Positions 13,133 to 26,108 are shown, counted from the stretch's first letter. The stretch is 50,927 nucleotides of DNA from Calcarisporiella thermophila CBS 279.70 (GCF_041956535.1 NW_027192237.1:7351-58277); one strand, 5' to 3'. Program-made: numbers and translations. The notes: generated from the sequence alone by a model not told the origin.

Positions 13133-14721
13133 CTGATTATTATGAGCAGAATGATTTAGTTACCTCCACTTCAGCATATATCTCTTTCTTCTCGAAAACT
13201 TCTGGCATATTATGATGTCTCTCATTGATATCTACCTCCATTATTGCCTATAATATATATTTGCAAAAAGGATCTACTATTATTCTATTTTTTTTTCAAT
13301 GGGCGATAAACCTACCGCAACTGTATAGCCAATGCGCCTGAAATCATTGCAATATCTTCTACATTTGATCGAACTAAGTATATGGCCATCCTGAGTTCGG
13401 AGACGGCCGTATTGAAAACCAATTCTAGAGACATCCTGTACCAACATAATATGATATTACACTATACTGTATTACTTTTTATTGTTCAGTTAAATATTTG
13501 ATTACCTGTTGCTCAGAGATGTTGGTGATGCCATCCAAAATATACAGTATGCATAGTGCTGCTTGAGACGACGATATTCAAGTTTGTTTAATTCATGCTG
13601 CTTCCTCTGCCAATACAGCTCTTCTGGACGGTCTTTTAATGCTAATATATTTTTCTTCACCCAAGTTGCGCAAGGTTTTTTAGTGGGAAAGCTGCGAGAT
13701 GCGAATGAGGGTAAATACCGGATATGATTTAATTGCTCTCGGATCTTTAATTGATTTACGAGAGAAGTGTAAGGATGAACTCTTGATCTAGTTTAAAATG
13801 ATGAGGAATAGAAGTGAGTAAAATTTATCACAAAATATAATACATATTCAAAGAAAAGCGAGATAGTAGCTGATGATACTAGTACCTGACATACTGCCCA
13901 ATCATACCGCAATACCTCTCCATTGGAAATTGCCAATAGGCCCATGGAGGGCCATGTTGTAGAATCGAGTCGGCGACATGGAGTATAGGGTGTAAGGAAA
14001 TTCGATGTGCCGACAAGTATTCGATACTCTGCCCAGAGTATTCTCTAAATACACTAACAAAAATGCGTTAGCTTTGTTAATCAATCTGTTATCTTCAATA
14101 TATGGCCAACTATTACTCTGCATAATGTAGATAGAACAAGTGTAGATTCCCCCATACCGTTTGGATGTTCGTACTAGTCAATGACCAAGCAAGGCAGAGG
14201 CGAACAGCCGAAACGAACTTAAGCCAACCTTTTAACACTCTTCATTTAGAAAACATGACATTGAATGTTAAATGCTGGGTTGAAAGCTTTAGACAGGCGA
14301 TCATTACCTCGGAGGCATATGCTCTTTAAGACGATATATATACCATAATCTAGAATTCTTTACTAAAGCAACATGTATTGCCCTAAGGATTAATTTGCGC
14401 TAAGATACTGCAATTACTAAAAATACTTAATTACGATCAAATATGATTGGAGTAAAATTTCAATAGTCTGATCTAAGTAACTGGACACGTTTTATCAAAC
14501 ATTTATAGCCTATATTAATTAAATCTTTGATTTTAGATACGAAGCACCTGATTGCTTATGACTTGCAACGTGGCACGATATTCTATATCACAACCTTTGG
14601 ATAAAAACATTCGTTAATTTTTCCCAAGGTACCCCCAATTCTTTATTTTTATTTTTTATTTATTTTTATTCCTTATTTTATTTTTCTTTCAAATATTCTA
14701 ACCATCAAGAAGCGCTTTTCA

Positions 14722-16095
14722 ATGGACCATGTTCATCCAGATTTCGATATTTTCGTCCATTTCCTCGTAGAATTATTCCCAGCTGAAGCACTTTTGTCGC
14801 TCGCTACAGCAGCAAACAGGCGCAGAGAAATATTGATGGAGCATGAGAGAAATCAAAGCACCAGTAATAATAATGCTTGTAACAACTTCAATTCTATAAT
14901 CACCCCTGCTTGCTCAGCAGGTAATTTGGACTCTCCCAATGCAAGCCAGGAAACTTCTGAGAATGCTTGGCAAGATAGAAGTAGTAACCAAAGAAGTAAC
15001 GATAGTGATTTGGCAAGTGATGCAGAGGTACGTGCTCTTGAATTGTGAATTGGTTTTCATATACACTCCTTTTTACTAGATATATTAACAAAGCAATAAT
15101 TGAACCATGTTAGAAGGTAGCGAATGGCGAACGTGGCATTAGGAAACCAAAGCTTTTTGGAAATAAAAGCTATATTAATGTTGCGGCATACTTGAATATT
15201 GATCCGACTGATGCCAGAATGTATCGTGTAAATAATTGTAGAGCATTATGTTTAATAAGGAATAGAACTACTGTAAATCTTAAACTGTGATATTATAGGA
15301 TGTGTTACGGCGTATCATGAAAGAGTTAGGTATGGATTTTAATAAACCCTATAACGCTCAATATCAGTACATTACTAAAAGAGTGGTACGAAAGGTACAT
15401 CGCAATATGACCACTGTTAGCGTCAAGATTTCATTTTTTAGTAATTTCGATTTAGTTTATAAAGGAGGCAGATGACTTTCCTACTACTCAGGGCGATTGG
15501 GCTATATACGAATTGATAAAGCAGCTAATACATAATAGACGTATCTAGCTCTTCCATGCGCTTTTCTACTCCCCATTTAATTGTATAATACTAACTACCA
15601 CTTTTATTATTTTAATATGCATAGGTGCTTACCAATCAGTAAAAGCAAAGGGTATTGCTACACAACCAAGCAGAACTACTGACGAGGCGGAGGATCAAGA
15701 CTCGAATGTTGAACTAAGCACTGTAGAAAGCGATATCCAGGAAGAAGTTTCCAGCGTGTCAGATGAAGGTGGCATATCAACTTCAATTAACTTCAACATC
15801 ATTTGAAGATTAATATTTTCGCTTATCTATTTCTATAGATAATAATATTAATGAGAATCTCAGAGTATCTCCTGCAGATTTAAGAGAGTTTATTCGAAGC
15901 GAAGTGCGTGAAATGACAGGAAACCTAGGTCATTTAGTATCATATCACGCAAGGAGAGGAGGGGTCCAAATTACCTATTTAACGGGTAGAGGCAGAGGCA
16001 GAGGCAAAGGCAGAGGAAAGAAAATTAGTATTGAAAATAGACCGAGAAGATATCAGCCAACAAGAGCAGCCAGAAAGGAAAGCAAAAATGGATAA
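14722..16095 (+). pseudogene. Multi-exon accessory (ORF2-like) gene of the CACTA-like element, probably decayed
   Basis: ORF 14722 ends at a GTACGT donor; downstream AG/GT-bounded segments read KVANGERGIRKPKLF..., DVLRRIMKELGMDFNKPYNAQ..., FIKEADDFPTTQGDWAIYELIKQLIHNRR; basic RGRGRG tail. Confidence 0.45.
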
Positions 16096-16454
16096 TAAAT
16101 ATATATATCAGAATTAAATAAATACCTATTATTTACTACTAATTACCTATTCGTTAAATATTCATTATTAACTCTACAAAGTGCTATCAAAAGGGGAACA
16201 TAAAAGAGCATATAGAATATATGTGACGATAAGAAAACGTATAGGAACATAGAGGTTTTGTTCGGGTTTCATAATGCCCGATGTTTTCTAAACATTTTAT
16301 TTATCCGAGTTTTTTGTAGGGCTGAGATGAAATAGAAACATGACAATTCAAATTTTATATAATAGAAAAATAACAAAACTCATTTCCTATTCCAAAGGAA
16401 ATAGTGAGAACAAAATCTATAATCCATCATAAAACCTTTTAAAGCAATTGAACC

Positions 16455-19085
16455 AACCGTTCCCTTTCGATGTTCGATTCTCGGACGAAACTCTTTTACC
16501 AGGAGAATCCATCGTGCAATATGTCCCACTGGATCCACAGTATCCATGATCTGCTTAAAAGCACTGTGATCGGTTTGTACGACTATCTCATACCCGTAAC
16601 TAAAAGGCTTAAATTTCTTAAGTACCCAGCACACAGCAAGTACCTCTTTTTCGGTAGGTGTATAATTAAGTTCTGCTGGTCGTAAATTTCGACTAACGCA
16701 TGCAACAATGTACTCAGCACCTTGGCCATTACGTTGTGCAAGAATAGCTACAAGACCATTGTTGCTAGCATCAGTTTGGACATAAAAAGGACGAGTAAAA
16801 TCAGGATGTTGCAGAACTGGTGCTTTCACTAAAGCTTCACGAATCTCTTTGAAGGCATCACGTTGGCGATCTCCAAATTGAAAAACCACGTTTTTCCTAG
16901 TTAGATCGCTTAAGGGTTTCGCCCTCTGAGAGAAGTTTTTAATAAACCTGGGGTAATAACTAGATAACCCATAAAAACGACGCACTTCTGTGAGATTGGT
17001 TGGTTCTTGAAAATCTGCGATCGCCTGAAACTTTTCGGGATCAGTCCTAATGTCCTCTTCTCCGATAGTGTGGCCCAAGTACTTGCCCTCTCGTCGGAAG
17101 AGCTTACACTTGTTCTTCTTTATCTTAAGGCCGGCACCGTTGAGAGCTTCAAACACTTTCTTCAAATGTTCGAAATGTTCTTCCACTGATGCTGAGAAAA
17201 CCAACAGATCATCCATCTAGGGCAGACAGAAATTCCACTTCATGCCCGCACAAACAACGTCGATCATAAAGTGCCTCTCAAGCGTTTCTTGACACCCCCC
17301 TTTTTTAATATTACGAATCATACTTCCTATAAGGATAAAACAACAAATAAATATTATATTTTTTTGCATAACCTTATAACATCAGCTCTCATTCCATGCA
17401 CATCAAGGAGTGCTATGTTTGTCACTTTTCAAGGGTAAACGCGTTTTAAACCGAAATTTTTTTGGGACATATTTGCTCGTTTAGTCCAGTGTGGATTAAT
17501 ACCCTTGTAATTCAACAACAAAATGCAACCATTGCCCGAAATTTATCCCATGTATTCTGTTAGCCTCGCTTTTACGTTGAAAAGTAGCAGAAGCATTTGT
17601 TAGGCCAAATGCCATAACGTTGAACTCAAAGAGGCCAAGCGGAGAGGTAAACGCAGTCTTCTCTTTATCCGCTTCCTCGAGCTCAATTTGTCAGAAACCC
17701 GATGCCATATCAATAGTTGAGAATACTCTCGCACCTCGCAGATGAGAGAAATAATCTTGCGAGTTCGGGACAAAGGATAACTCTCCCTTTTTGTAACATC
17801 ATTCAGGCGGCGATAATCGACAGCCATCCGCGTAGTTCCATCCTGTTTTTCCACAGGGTTCAACGGTGCCACCCACGGAATTTTGGACGGTCGGACGATG
17901 CCGTTGTCTATAATATGCCTCAATTCCTGAATCGCAGGGTCTCGAAAAGTAGGAGAGAGTCGACGTGGTGGAATATTAATGGGTTTCGCATCCCCAGTAT
18001 CAATTCCATTTCGAACGACGTTAGTACGCCCGGGTTTCCTTGGGTTACCCGCGAAAACTTGAAGGAATCTCCCGAGCAAATTCGCAATTTGCTCGCGTAC
18101 TTCAGGGAAATCACACTCAGCCGTAGTGTCGACATTCACCCCCTCAGGAGTCTTCCCTTCAAGGATGGAAGAAGGAGTTGGAACGGGTTGCTCAGAATGG
18201 ATAGTTCTTATAACTTCTTTCCCATGGCGATATAACACTTCATCTTTACATTCAATGAAAAAGTCATGCTTTCCCAACGTAGTCATATCGAGAATGACAT
18301 CGTATAGGGATACAGGAACCACAAGCATCGACTCAGTCATCGAGTACGTTCCAAGTTGAATGGGCATGGTTGTTTTTCCAAATACATCGCTCTGTTGAAA
18401 GAAAGTCGACCAAGCCTGTACACAAGGAGTCGGCTGTACTGAGAGGCCTAGGCGATTTACAATAGATTGACTCACTAGCGCTCTCGCCACGCCAGTATAT
18501 AGAAAGACAGGTATCAGTTGGGTATTAATAGTCGCAGTGACCACTAATGTCCTTGATTGGGGCGAAATGTTAACTGCGGAAGTAGTCACAAATTTCTTCG
18601 GACAATTTGGTGCAAAGTGATTTGGATCTCCGCACACATAGCATCTCTTGAGCTCTTTCGAATCCTTCGAGTCTTTCGCTTCATCCCTGGCTTTATCATC
18701 CCTTTCAGCCCTTTCAGCCCTACGGTAACAACGTGGACGGCTCTTTTTATTCGAACTACCTTCGTTCGACTTAGACTTGGAACTCTCTTCCAGTATAGCC
18801 TGGCGCATTGCCATTACTCGCTGGTTCTTCGATTTATATGTAAGGTGAACGTCCTCTGCCTGACATAACAACCTCACGGCAGTCTCCAGATCCTTGCATA
18901 GGCCCCAGTTCACATATACTGCAATTGAATCTCTAACTGCTCCTCTCAGGAGCCCAACTTGGTTCTTATCCGTAAACATTATTTCGCGCCTTTGAAGGAG
19001 CTTCTCAAGCTCTTCACACACGACAGCGACATGTTCCCCGTCGTGCTGCTTCAAGTTGAAGAGTTTAGCGAGATAATAATATATA
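16455..19085 (-). mobile_element. Degenerate Ty3/gypsy gag-protease-RT-RNase H
   Basis: CYVCGDPNHFAPNC knuckle, degenerate protease (LYTGV), RMAVDYRRLN, MAFGLTNASATFQR, (stop)MDD, VQTDASN, YTPTEKE, TDHSA; ~300-bp insertion at ~17270-17570; no LTRs seen. Confidence 0.9.
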
Positions 19086-19486
19086 TCACGCTCGTGCATA
19101 TGCAGCCACACTAATTCACCAAGCGCAGAATGCCGCTTGAAGCTCACACTAGAGTTGGGGTTTTGTTGGACATAAGTTTCGGCAAAACCAATTAATGCAC
19201 CGACCCCATCAGCAAGTTCGGGATTGTGTTGTATGTTAGTTTGCCCAATGATTTTCTCAGCCGCAATTCGAGGATTGTGCTCGTTGAATGCGAGAAAGTA
19301 GAATGCTACATCTGTCGATTTTATGTTTCTCATTAGAATCAAGTGTTCGAAATTTGCCTTCTTTGTCCTGCTAAAAGTCTGGGCTTTAGAGAAAATTAAT
19401 AAATCATTAATAGAGAAAGCTAATAACATTACGAAGCAAATAATAAAGCTGAGCTTAGATATAGGAGTAGACGAAGTATTTAACAT
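19086..19486 (-). pseudogene. N-terminal part of a secreted SnoaL-like protein, fused in frame to gypsy Gag
   Basis: Hydrophobic LSFIICFVMLLAF, then FYFLAFNEHNPRIAAEK, IQHNPELADG, KRHSALGELVWLHMH; lacks the DIFR..GKI.EHW C-terminus. Confidence 0.7.
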
Positions 19487-21704
19487 AATTGTTGATATAG
19501 ATATCAAACGTGTGTTTATAAGGTCAAATATGAATTATAATATAAATAAGCAATGAGTTTTGATTTATATTGTGAATTCATCGAAATATTTATACAATTT
19601 CAGTCCAGTACTGTTTCTATAAGATATCAATATTATACATACGATGGTCACATTGCAAAATACAAACTAAATTTGTTGAAATAGTCTTTTTATCCAAATT
19701 CGACCATAGCCTGTAAATGTAGATTAAGGGCAGAAGGAAGGCAACTCTCTTGGAAGATTCCAGAGAGAGTAGACCAAGTACATAAATATCAGCGTCATCC
19801 AGAGTTATAGTAGAAATTGGAGTGGTTGGTTTATGGCTCATCATCAATCCTTATATAAAGTCTGTAGGGTGAAAATACTGTAAAATAGAGAAAGTATAAG
19901 CGCATGTATAAAGGACTGAGTACCTTCGTGATTCCCTAGATATTTACTAATGCTTCACGTATTTTTTCAGAGTTTTTTATATGGAGAAATGTTTACAAAC
20001 TATAGTAATATTGTGGCGTCAGAGCATTATAGAAAAACGCGGAAGTTTTTCCGTCTTTTCTATATGCTTCTATACTTTATCTATTCAATTTCACCTGGTG
20101 AATTTTGTAGATGTAAGAAGTTAGTAATAAAGATTACTTTGAACTTTCTCCCTATATCTTTTTTATTAGAATATTTCAAGCAGATAGCACATTCTACTGT
20201 TTTCATAGTCTTAGTTACAGTGTTGAAAATGAGTTTTACCACCGCCTTATTGTTGGTACTTGACTTTGCACAAGCGCAGCAATCCTCCTCTAACCTACCA
20301 AGAAACATTTCGAATGAGAGCTTTTAAAAATTAAACTAACAGCAGTTTACATTTACTAGAATTCTACCAAGATATACACTGTACTAGCCTCACTCCTACT
20401 TCGACATGCAATGTTTCGAAATCGAGATAAATTAAAGGACGGGAACAGGAGTACTTTTCAATTATACCTAGAACTGCCTGAGAAAAGATCAATATAAAAA
20501 TGTAACATCCTATCTTACCCCGATCAAGTAATTGGTATATGTTATAGATTTTCACTTTTTTGAGACGAGAGGATTGTCAAGCCAATACCTATAAATACAA
20601 CAACTCGAGATTTTTATGAACCAAATCTTACTCAATACTCTTAGCTTGGCGTTACTTCGTTTCCTTAATTTTTTCCAATAGATATAATGCATTTACTTTT
20701 CAAGCATATAGGTGAAGGAGCTTTTTTCAGCGACACGCTATTTTACTCAATTATCTTATTGTATCACAATTAGCTACTTTTATGTTGCTCACTAGATAGA
20801 TGAATATCCGTTTTCTGATGGAGAATCGCAGGCGACCACATATTAACACCCTCTGTTTGGGAGCAAATTGGAACTGAAATGGACGAATGCCGGAAAAAAA
20901 TTCCAAGATGCTTTGGACGACCACCACGCAACATCCATAAGCACAATAAGTAATATGGCTGAAGAGTGGATGAACTGGACCACCCGATTTTTTCTTACTT
21001 TTCTCGATGTTAAGTTCCCGTTCAGGTCAAGGACCAGTGGATTCTTTATTAGATGACTTAACCATTGTACGTTGTATTTATATCCATTATCTACCTGTCT
21101 CTAGAATATAAGATGGGTAGGCTAAATTCGTATCGGTCGTCTGACTTGGTCTTATTTGGACTATCACAAACACGGATATAAGTTCTTTACGGAAAAACCT
21201 CGAGTCGCTTTATGAATATTACATAGGAAAACTTCAAAACAGTGGCATGAATTTTTTTAAAATAATTTTATTATTTTTTGGTAGAGAATACACCGGAGAA
21301 ACAAGGAAGTTATTTCCTTTACATCATATAGTTTTTTTATTGTTTTTTTCACGTCCATGGTTCTATCCTGGATTAAGCACCGTCATGAAATTTCTAGCAA
21401 TTCCCAATGAAGAGATATAGTAGTATAATGGTGCCATATTTAAATTACATTTATTCTCTTTCATAATTGAATAGAAACATGCTGTTCTTCAGTTTTCTTA
21501 TTCTGGACTAAAAGATCAAAACGGCATCTTTATGCAAATCTTAGGAGTCAGATGACATACAAAGAGCAACTTAGTCACATTCAAATTACCACAATTTTTG
21601 CATTAATAATGATTTCCTCTATGAGAAAGCGTCCTGCTCGCTGGTCAAATAAAAGTGTCTAATCAAAAATAACTCTTTGTTTAGACACGATTAAAGCTTC
21701 TGTG

Positions 21705-21965
21705 TTAGCTCATTTTTACTCAAATTTAAAGGATTTTTTTAAAGAGGCTTAAATCCCTGGCCTACACTCACGGCCGATATATGTCTCCTAAATTTTTATC
21801 GGCCCGAATTATTTTTCTTGGGCCGAGACGGATAAATTTCTACGAAATGCATTCCATGATTTCCCTATTCACCATAGCAAAAATAATTATGAACCAATAA
21901 TTTATCTAGTGTGTTTCCTAAGAAATTAAAATTTCAGCGGAGTTTACTTAGTGGTTGCTTATTAC
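21705..21965. repeat. Diverged ~250-bp repeat, inverted copy at ~45425-45690
   Basis: Collinear shared words TAAGTAAACTCCGC, TATTGGTTCA, GAAATTTAT, GTCTCGGCCCAAG, GGCCAGG between the reverse complement of this segment and 45425-45690. Confidence 0.7.
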
Positions 21966-22153
21966 CGGGAAGCTAAGTTCCGTAATTTAAAACTCTATCA
22001 TTAGTCATACATATCGTACGAAACTCGGAGATAGATCCTCCAACCTCTATTTAAGCATTCATCCAGGAAATTTTTTACAATAACCTTCTTTATATTCTCA
22101 ATTTTATCCGTTATCAGCGTATATACTATTATTATTAATTCCAAGTTTCAACA

Positions 22154-23345
22154 ATGTTCATCGACTCTCCTCTTTCTCGGCTAAGCCACGAGCAGCTAGA
22201 GCAATACCTGGATCGGATCGAGACATCCTTAAAGCAGCTCAAGCTTGGTGACGAAATTCATCCTGTATATGATAACAAAGCTTACATTATAAATGGTGAC
22301 GCACTCCCATCCCCGACGCTTCATGTCCTAACCAAGATTGTGCGTGCACATGCGACACATATTCCTTTTGGAAACGCTGGAATGGTATACTTTGACGTCG
22401 ATGCACCCAACTGGGCTCCTACCGCAGATGTTAGCGCTGCCACCGAGCCACCTATGAATGTGACATACGTCAGTACGGAGCTTGAACATATCTTCCATAA
22501 GCTAATCCATCGTAAGCTGGATGCATATTGCTATGAACAAAACGAACTCCTAGCCGCAGCCTTGAGAACTCTTGGCTTTACTGTCTGGTCTGGAAAAGCC
22601 AGGGTGTCCAGTTCACAATACCTACCAGACCGAGAATACACCTTCTTTCCTCTTTATCACCAAATTCTCTTCGTTTTAATCGACGGCCAAGAATACTTAT
22701 GTGATGTTGCGTATGGCGGTGTCTTTTTCCTCGCACCCATTCCCATTCGAACGAATGAGGTAGGCATTACCATATAATGAATATTCATGTGTGTGATGGC
22801 ATCGAGCATTTGCGTACAGCGCATCTGCTCTTAGCTGCTTAATACCAACATCGTCATTGTATTTCATATTTTAGATCATCAAGGGTGTCGGCCTTATTGG
22901 CGATGAGGTGAAATTTGAACGGCAAGAATGTTCTCCTAGTGCGGCTCGTCCACATACCACTCCTGTATTTGGTACTAGTGCATTGCGCACTCCGTTAACC
23001 TTGTTCGCGCGGCATAATTCAGATGCAGATTTTGTTCCGCATTACTGTTTTACTGATGATGAGTTTTTCCCGGTGGACTATGTTTCCGCAAATATTGCTC
23101 AATATTCGGTTCGTGGCCTTTTCAGCCATCACCTATTAGTGCAACTGCCTGACAAAGACGGTCGCGGCAAAAAAACTTTATTTGATGACACATTCAAGAT
23201 ACTCCGCGATGGTGTTGTTATCGAACGTCGTACTCTTACCAGCGAAGCTGAACGCATCCAGGTGTTGAAGGAGCATTTCCACCTGGAGTTTACTGAAAAG
23301 GAATTGCGCTCTCCTCAAGCTTGTCGTTTGAGTTTGGATAAATGA
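22154..23345 (+). CDS. Arylamine N-acetyltransferase-family enzyme (~358 aa); exons 22154-22759 and 22875-23345
   Basis: Cys-His-Asp triad motifs YCYEQNELL, YHQILFV, LCDVAYGG; HIPFGN; intron 22760-22874 (GTAGGC...TTAG) joins the two ORFs in frame. Confidence 0.9.
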
Positions 23346-24140
23346 AATATACCAGTAGTAGTATTCTTATTTTTACGACAAAAGATGAGTCGCATTCATT
23401 TTATTGATACGTCCCATAACAATGATATTGTTATGGCTGCTATAGAGGACACTAGTCGTTGAAGCCGTTGATATATCCTTGAGATTCGCTATTGTTTTTT
23501 GTTGATCGAATTTACTTAGATAACAGATCGATTTACAATAAAATATATTTCAATTATTTATCAACTGCGTAGATGACTATCAGATAGAATAAATAGAAAA
23601 AAAGAAGTTAAAAAATGACTTTTCTTCCATCTCCTTCCATGGCAACCCTTATAAATCAATAAGTCAAACAGGATTCCATGGATTTATGCAAGATATTCAA
23701 CCGTGCAATGATAAAAGTGCACATAACTTTCTCTCGTTAAGTCGTCAATTACACAGGCACCCTATACAGAGGTGATTGAATTGCGAAGAAATTGCCTTAT
23801 CAATATCTCTCTTTTGGTGCTTTTAATATACATTCTAGATATACCATGATTCCTGATTCATAAAATTCCATTTATCATATGTCTATATTTTTGAAAAAAC
23901 ACATATAACAGGGGTAGCAAGTGAATCAACAGTATGAGAATTTCCATATTTTAATTATATTTGTAGCGCTTGTATTTTTCTTTATTCACTTAGGAGATAT
24001 TTGCAGAGAATTAATAAGTTGTAAAACATAGTGGCAATTTTGTCTTCATTGGTACTACTAAAGAATCATTTTGTTGAGAAAAAAAAATGAAAAAAATATA
24101 AAGTTTACACCGCCATCGAGGAAATACGATACTTATCAGC

Positions 24141-26108
24141 CTAATTAGCACCGACCGCAACTTTTTCCAACCCAATAGTCGCTTTAGCATCACTGGCTCG
24201 AACCAAAGCAGCAATCTCGTGTACGTCCAACTCAGGTTGCCACACGACTTGACAGTTTTCGAGCTTCCTTATCTTACCGCAGGTATAGCACTTTCTCCAA
24301 TCAGGCCGCGAGGCGACCCAGCTTCCACAGTGCTCACACCTCCTAGTGAATACATCCTTCCAAGTCTTCCCCTTCAAGTAGTTTAGCTCAATGTCGTAAT
24401 AACGAAGAAGACCATCCCAGCGGAAGTTGAAGCGGTTAGAGGCCACAGCCTCTCGTTTAATAGCATTCGAATACTCAATCAATTCATTAACAGTCTCAAT
24501 GGAAACAGGTTCGTACAGCGGACCATCGAGTAGCTCAATGGTCTTCCTCGCGACAGCATCATACTCTGGCACTTGGGATCCCCATTGCCAATTCTTGGAG
24601 TGGTCAACATAAGTTGCAAATGTTAGGTTGTAATCTTGTCGGATGAGTTGCCATCCAGGAATACCTATGCCAGCAAAGAACTGCCAGAGGGTAGAAACTT
24701 GGGGTCCAAGCTCAGGATGGCGGAAACAGAGGTAATTGAACTTGTTCATCTGGTGCAGTGAAGGGATAAGCTTGTCACAAAATTCGTCATATGGCTTGAA
24801 CAATTCCAAGCGTTTCTCCGGATCTGACGTAGCCAAGGCCTTGTGAGTCAGCTCAGCCGCGTATGTAGAGGTCGACATGCTAGCCGTGATTCCAGGAGAA
24901 TGAAGGGGATTGGTGAATCCTACGGCATCACCAATGGCGAACCATCCAGGTCCAGAAACCTTGGGAGACTGGTAAGCGAGTTGTTTGCGAACAAACCAAG
25001 TGGTGTTCGGTCCATATAGATCCTCGATCAACTCGTAATTCTCCATCACCCGTGAGATCATGGGGTAGCGCTTCACCCAATAGTTAAACTTCTGTTCGGC
25101 TTCCCTAGATCCGTACGGCGTCAAATCTTCGGGATACCGTGCGTCATCGCGAACAGCAAACCCAATACTAACGACCCACTGAAGCTTAAGATCAAACATC
25201 CTTGCAAGCTCTTCAGACGATGGGATTTCATCTGCAGGGGTCTTGTTCTCGGCATGATCAAGCAAGTAGTTCATCATATCCATCAAGTTAGGGATGGGAC
25301 TACCTTCCCAGGATGGCAAGCGAATCACCCAGGCCCATCCTTCGGGGAAGCAGAGGTGATTTGTGTGGTCACCCTCAAAGAATCTAAGCGGAATCTTGGA
25401 CTCATCCTTACAAGTAAAGTAGGCCCAGTATGCGTTGACGTTCCAGCCGTCGAATCGCTTGAGGCGAGCTTCCTTGGAAGCAAACTGGCGGAATCTGCCT
25501 GTAGCGTCAGCTAAGAACTGTGAAGAGATGGGCTTGGAGATTTTGGATGCGTTTTCCACTACATGGATAGTATTTCCAGTACCGGAAAGTTTTATTTCAT
25601 GGATATCAATCGTATGGCCATGGAAAACATTGACACCATGTCGCTGAGCATAAACCGTGAACAGCAGCTCGCTGATGGGACGCTCTATCTGGTAGCCAGA
25701 TAAGAACAAGCAAGGAGTTCCATTGCTGCAGAAATCGGTATAATACTCCGGATTTTGTGCATCGAAGAAATAGAAGCAGAGGCCATCCTTGAGACCAAAA
25801 ATGCGTAGGAGCACTTCCGCGTTGAGTCCCATCATCTTGCACCAAAGGGAAAAAAGAGGAAGCGTGCTTTCCCCAATTTTGTAACCTGGTTTGGGTGACT
25901 TCTCCACGACTGTGACGTTAATGCTAGGGTCAAAGCGTTTAGCGTGAATAGCGTAGATGAGACCATGAATACCGCCACCCGCAACCACTACATCCTGCTT
26001 CTCAGGAAGTGTAGGGCTAATGTTATTGGAATTAAGGATCTCTGCGGTCGAAAGGCCTTGCTGTTGAGCACGTTCGGCAAATGTGTGGCGAAGTTCAACA
26101 ATAGTCAT
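24141..26108 (-). CDS. Flavin-dependent halogenase, MalA-type with C-terminal Zn-binding Cys4 (655 aa, intronless)
   Basis: GGGIHG FAD motif, KIGEST, putative catalytic Lys107 (GLKDG), WAWVIRL (WxWxI), GDAVGFTNPLHSPG, CxxC-x12-CxxC (C591/594/607/610). Confidence 0.92.
   Translation of the reverse strand: MTIVELRHTFAERAQQQGLSTAEILNSNNISPTLPEKQDVVVAGGGIHGLIYAIHAKRFDPSINVTVVEKSPKPGYKIGESTLPLFSLWCKMMGLNAEVLLRIFGLKDGLCFYFFDAQNPEYYTDFCSNGTPCLFLSGYQIERPISELLFTVYAQRHGVNVFHGHTIDIHEIKLSGTGNTIHVVENASKISKPISSQFLADATGRFRQFASKEARLKRFDGWNVNAYWAYFTCKDESKIPLRFFEGDHTNHLCFPEGWAWVIRLPSWEGSPIPNLMDMMNYLLDHAENKTPADEIPSSEELARMFDLKLQWVVSIGFAVRDDARYPEDLTPYGSREAEQKFNYWVKRYPMISRVMENYELIEDLYGPNTTWFVRKQLAYQSPKVSGPGWFAIGDAVGFTNPLHSPGITASMSTSTYAAELTHKALATSDPEKRLELFKPYDEFCDKLIPSLHQMNKFNYLCFRHPELGPQVSTLWQFFAGIGIPGWQLIRQDYNLTFATYVDHSKNWQWGSQVPEYDAVARKTIELLDGPLYEPVSIETVNELIEYSNAIKREAVASNRFNFRWDGLLRYYDIELNYLKGKTWKDVFTRRCEHCGSWVASRPDWRKCYTCGKIRKLENCQVVWQPELDVHEIAALVRASDAKATIGLEKVAVGAN

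Larger units (their letters stand above)
11830..16321. mobile_element. CACTA/CMC-like DNA transposon with CCCTACAAAAAA termini and 3-bp TSD (CTG); spans an assembly gap
   Basis: ~40-bp imperfect TIRs at 11830 and ending 16321; CTG at 11827-29 and 16322-24; decayed coding-like interior. Confidence 0.7.

Noticed and set aside
12102-13159. Long ORFs of X residues (also 40830-41318 and 48814-49731)
   Set aside because: Artefacts of N gaps
20800-21100. Short ORF 20868-21056, possible TE scrap
   Set aside because: No identifiable motif
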